In this document: piece after piece, positions 31,925 to 32,000 of the stretch | Layout of the letters: every line of letters starts with the position of its first letter | Numbering within the stretch: position 1 is the stretch's first letter | Source: Nitrosopumilus sp. | Lineage (GTDB): Archaea; Thermoproteota; Nitrososphaeria; Nitrososphaerales; Nitrosopumilaceae | Direction: 5' to 3' | Length of the DNA stretch: 32,000 bases | Assembly (NCBI RefSeq): GCF_029882185.1 | Contig: NZ_JAOULD010000001.1 | Span: 56,423-88,422, forward strand | Position numbers and translations under genes: made by a program | The notes under the pieces: generated by a model | Seen by the model: the letters and a program-made list of their open reading frames with translations, nothing else | What the model was told of the DNA's origin: nothing | Databases searched by the model: none

Positions 31925-32000
31925 TCAATTTTCATCAATTTTCTTGTTGTGTTCATCCACTTCTAGGTCATATTCATCAATTTTCCTGTTCTCTTCATCT
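31925..32000 (-). CDS. C-terminal 24 codons of a coiled-coil type protein, truncated by the window edge
   Basis: The minus strand reads DEENRKIDEYDLEVDEHNKKIDEN and a stop (TGA at 31927-31925). It is too short to name. Confidence 0.3.
   Translation of the reverse strand, partial: DEENRKIDEYDLEVDEHNKKIDEN

Noticed and set aside
31924-31985. 10-mer ATCAATTTTC tandemly duplicated at 31924-31943 and repeated at 31976-31985; the duplication creates the stop of the truncated minus-strand gene
   Set aside because: It reflects the repeated KIDE(N/Y) peptide of a coiled-coil gene that runs off the window. It cannot be evaluated without the rest of the gene.
1-32000. Looked for CRISPR arrays, IS elements or terminal inverted repeats, integrase or transposase genes, tRNA and rRNA genes
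   Set aside because: I saw no regularly spaced repeats, no T-loop GTTCRAAT-type sequences with matching acceptor stems, no transposase-like ORFs and no rRNA-like conserved stretches. This is a visual search only and should be confirmed with tRNAscan-SE, Infernal and ISfinder-type tools.

Overview
AT-rich archaeal chromosomal window. The gene content and style point to a marine ammonia-oxidising thaumarchaeon (Nitrosopumilus-like). The clues are aEF-2, archaeal purP, a PEF-CTERM cupredoxin, and TATA-like boxes about 25 nt upstream of many ATGs (leaderless mRNAs). This taxonomic call is an inference, since I cannot run a search. Core genes sit at both ends: EF-2 (3-2000), purP (21810-22901), ubiX plus an SRPBCC gene, tatA/tatC, and purS-purQ-purL-purF (26.5-31.3 kb). 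The roughly 19 kb in between is packed with small lineage-type ORFs: three SAM methyltransferases, a cupredoxin, a CBS-TrkH transporter, wHTH proteins, zinc-ribbon mini-proteins and many unnamed proteins. I found no CRISPR array, IS element, integrase, tRNA or rRNA. Observations most worth a second look: (1) A three-member, gap-free paralogous family of about 130-aa proteins, possibly with a Roadblock-like fold, each in a head-to-head gene pair. (2) A G+C-rich, about 130-nt structured ncRNA candidate (21621-21752) with its own TATA box and oligo-T terminator, inside a 670-bp gene-free spacer. (3) Several disrupted small genes: in-frame stops at 6619, 6847 and 7181, and homopolymer-linked frameshifts at about 7750, 12180, 20270, 20416 and 25850. 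The roughly 20 kb of core genes is intact. (4) Eight tail-to-tail gene pairs whose stop codons overlap or lie within 3 bp of each other. (5) A CBS-pair fused to TrkH, followed by a Cys-motif membrane protein. (6) Repeat and palindrome elements around three promoters. I cannot demonstrate a defined novel system. The most system-like locus is 13.0-16.2 kb, which holds two family copies, two small helical paralogs, a membrane protein, an orphan DUF5615 PIN-like gene and a wHTH regulator.
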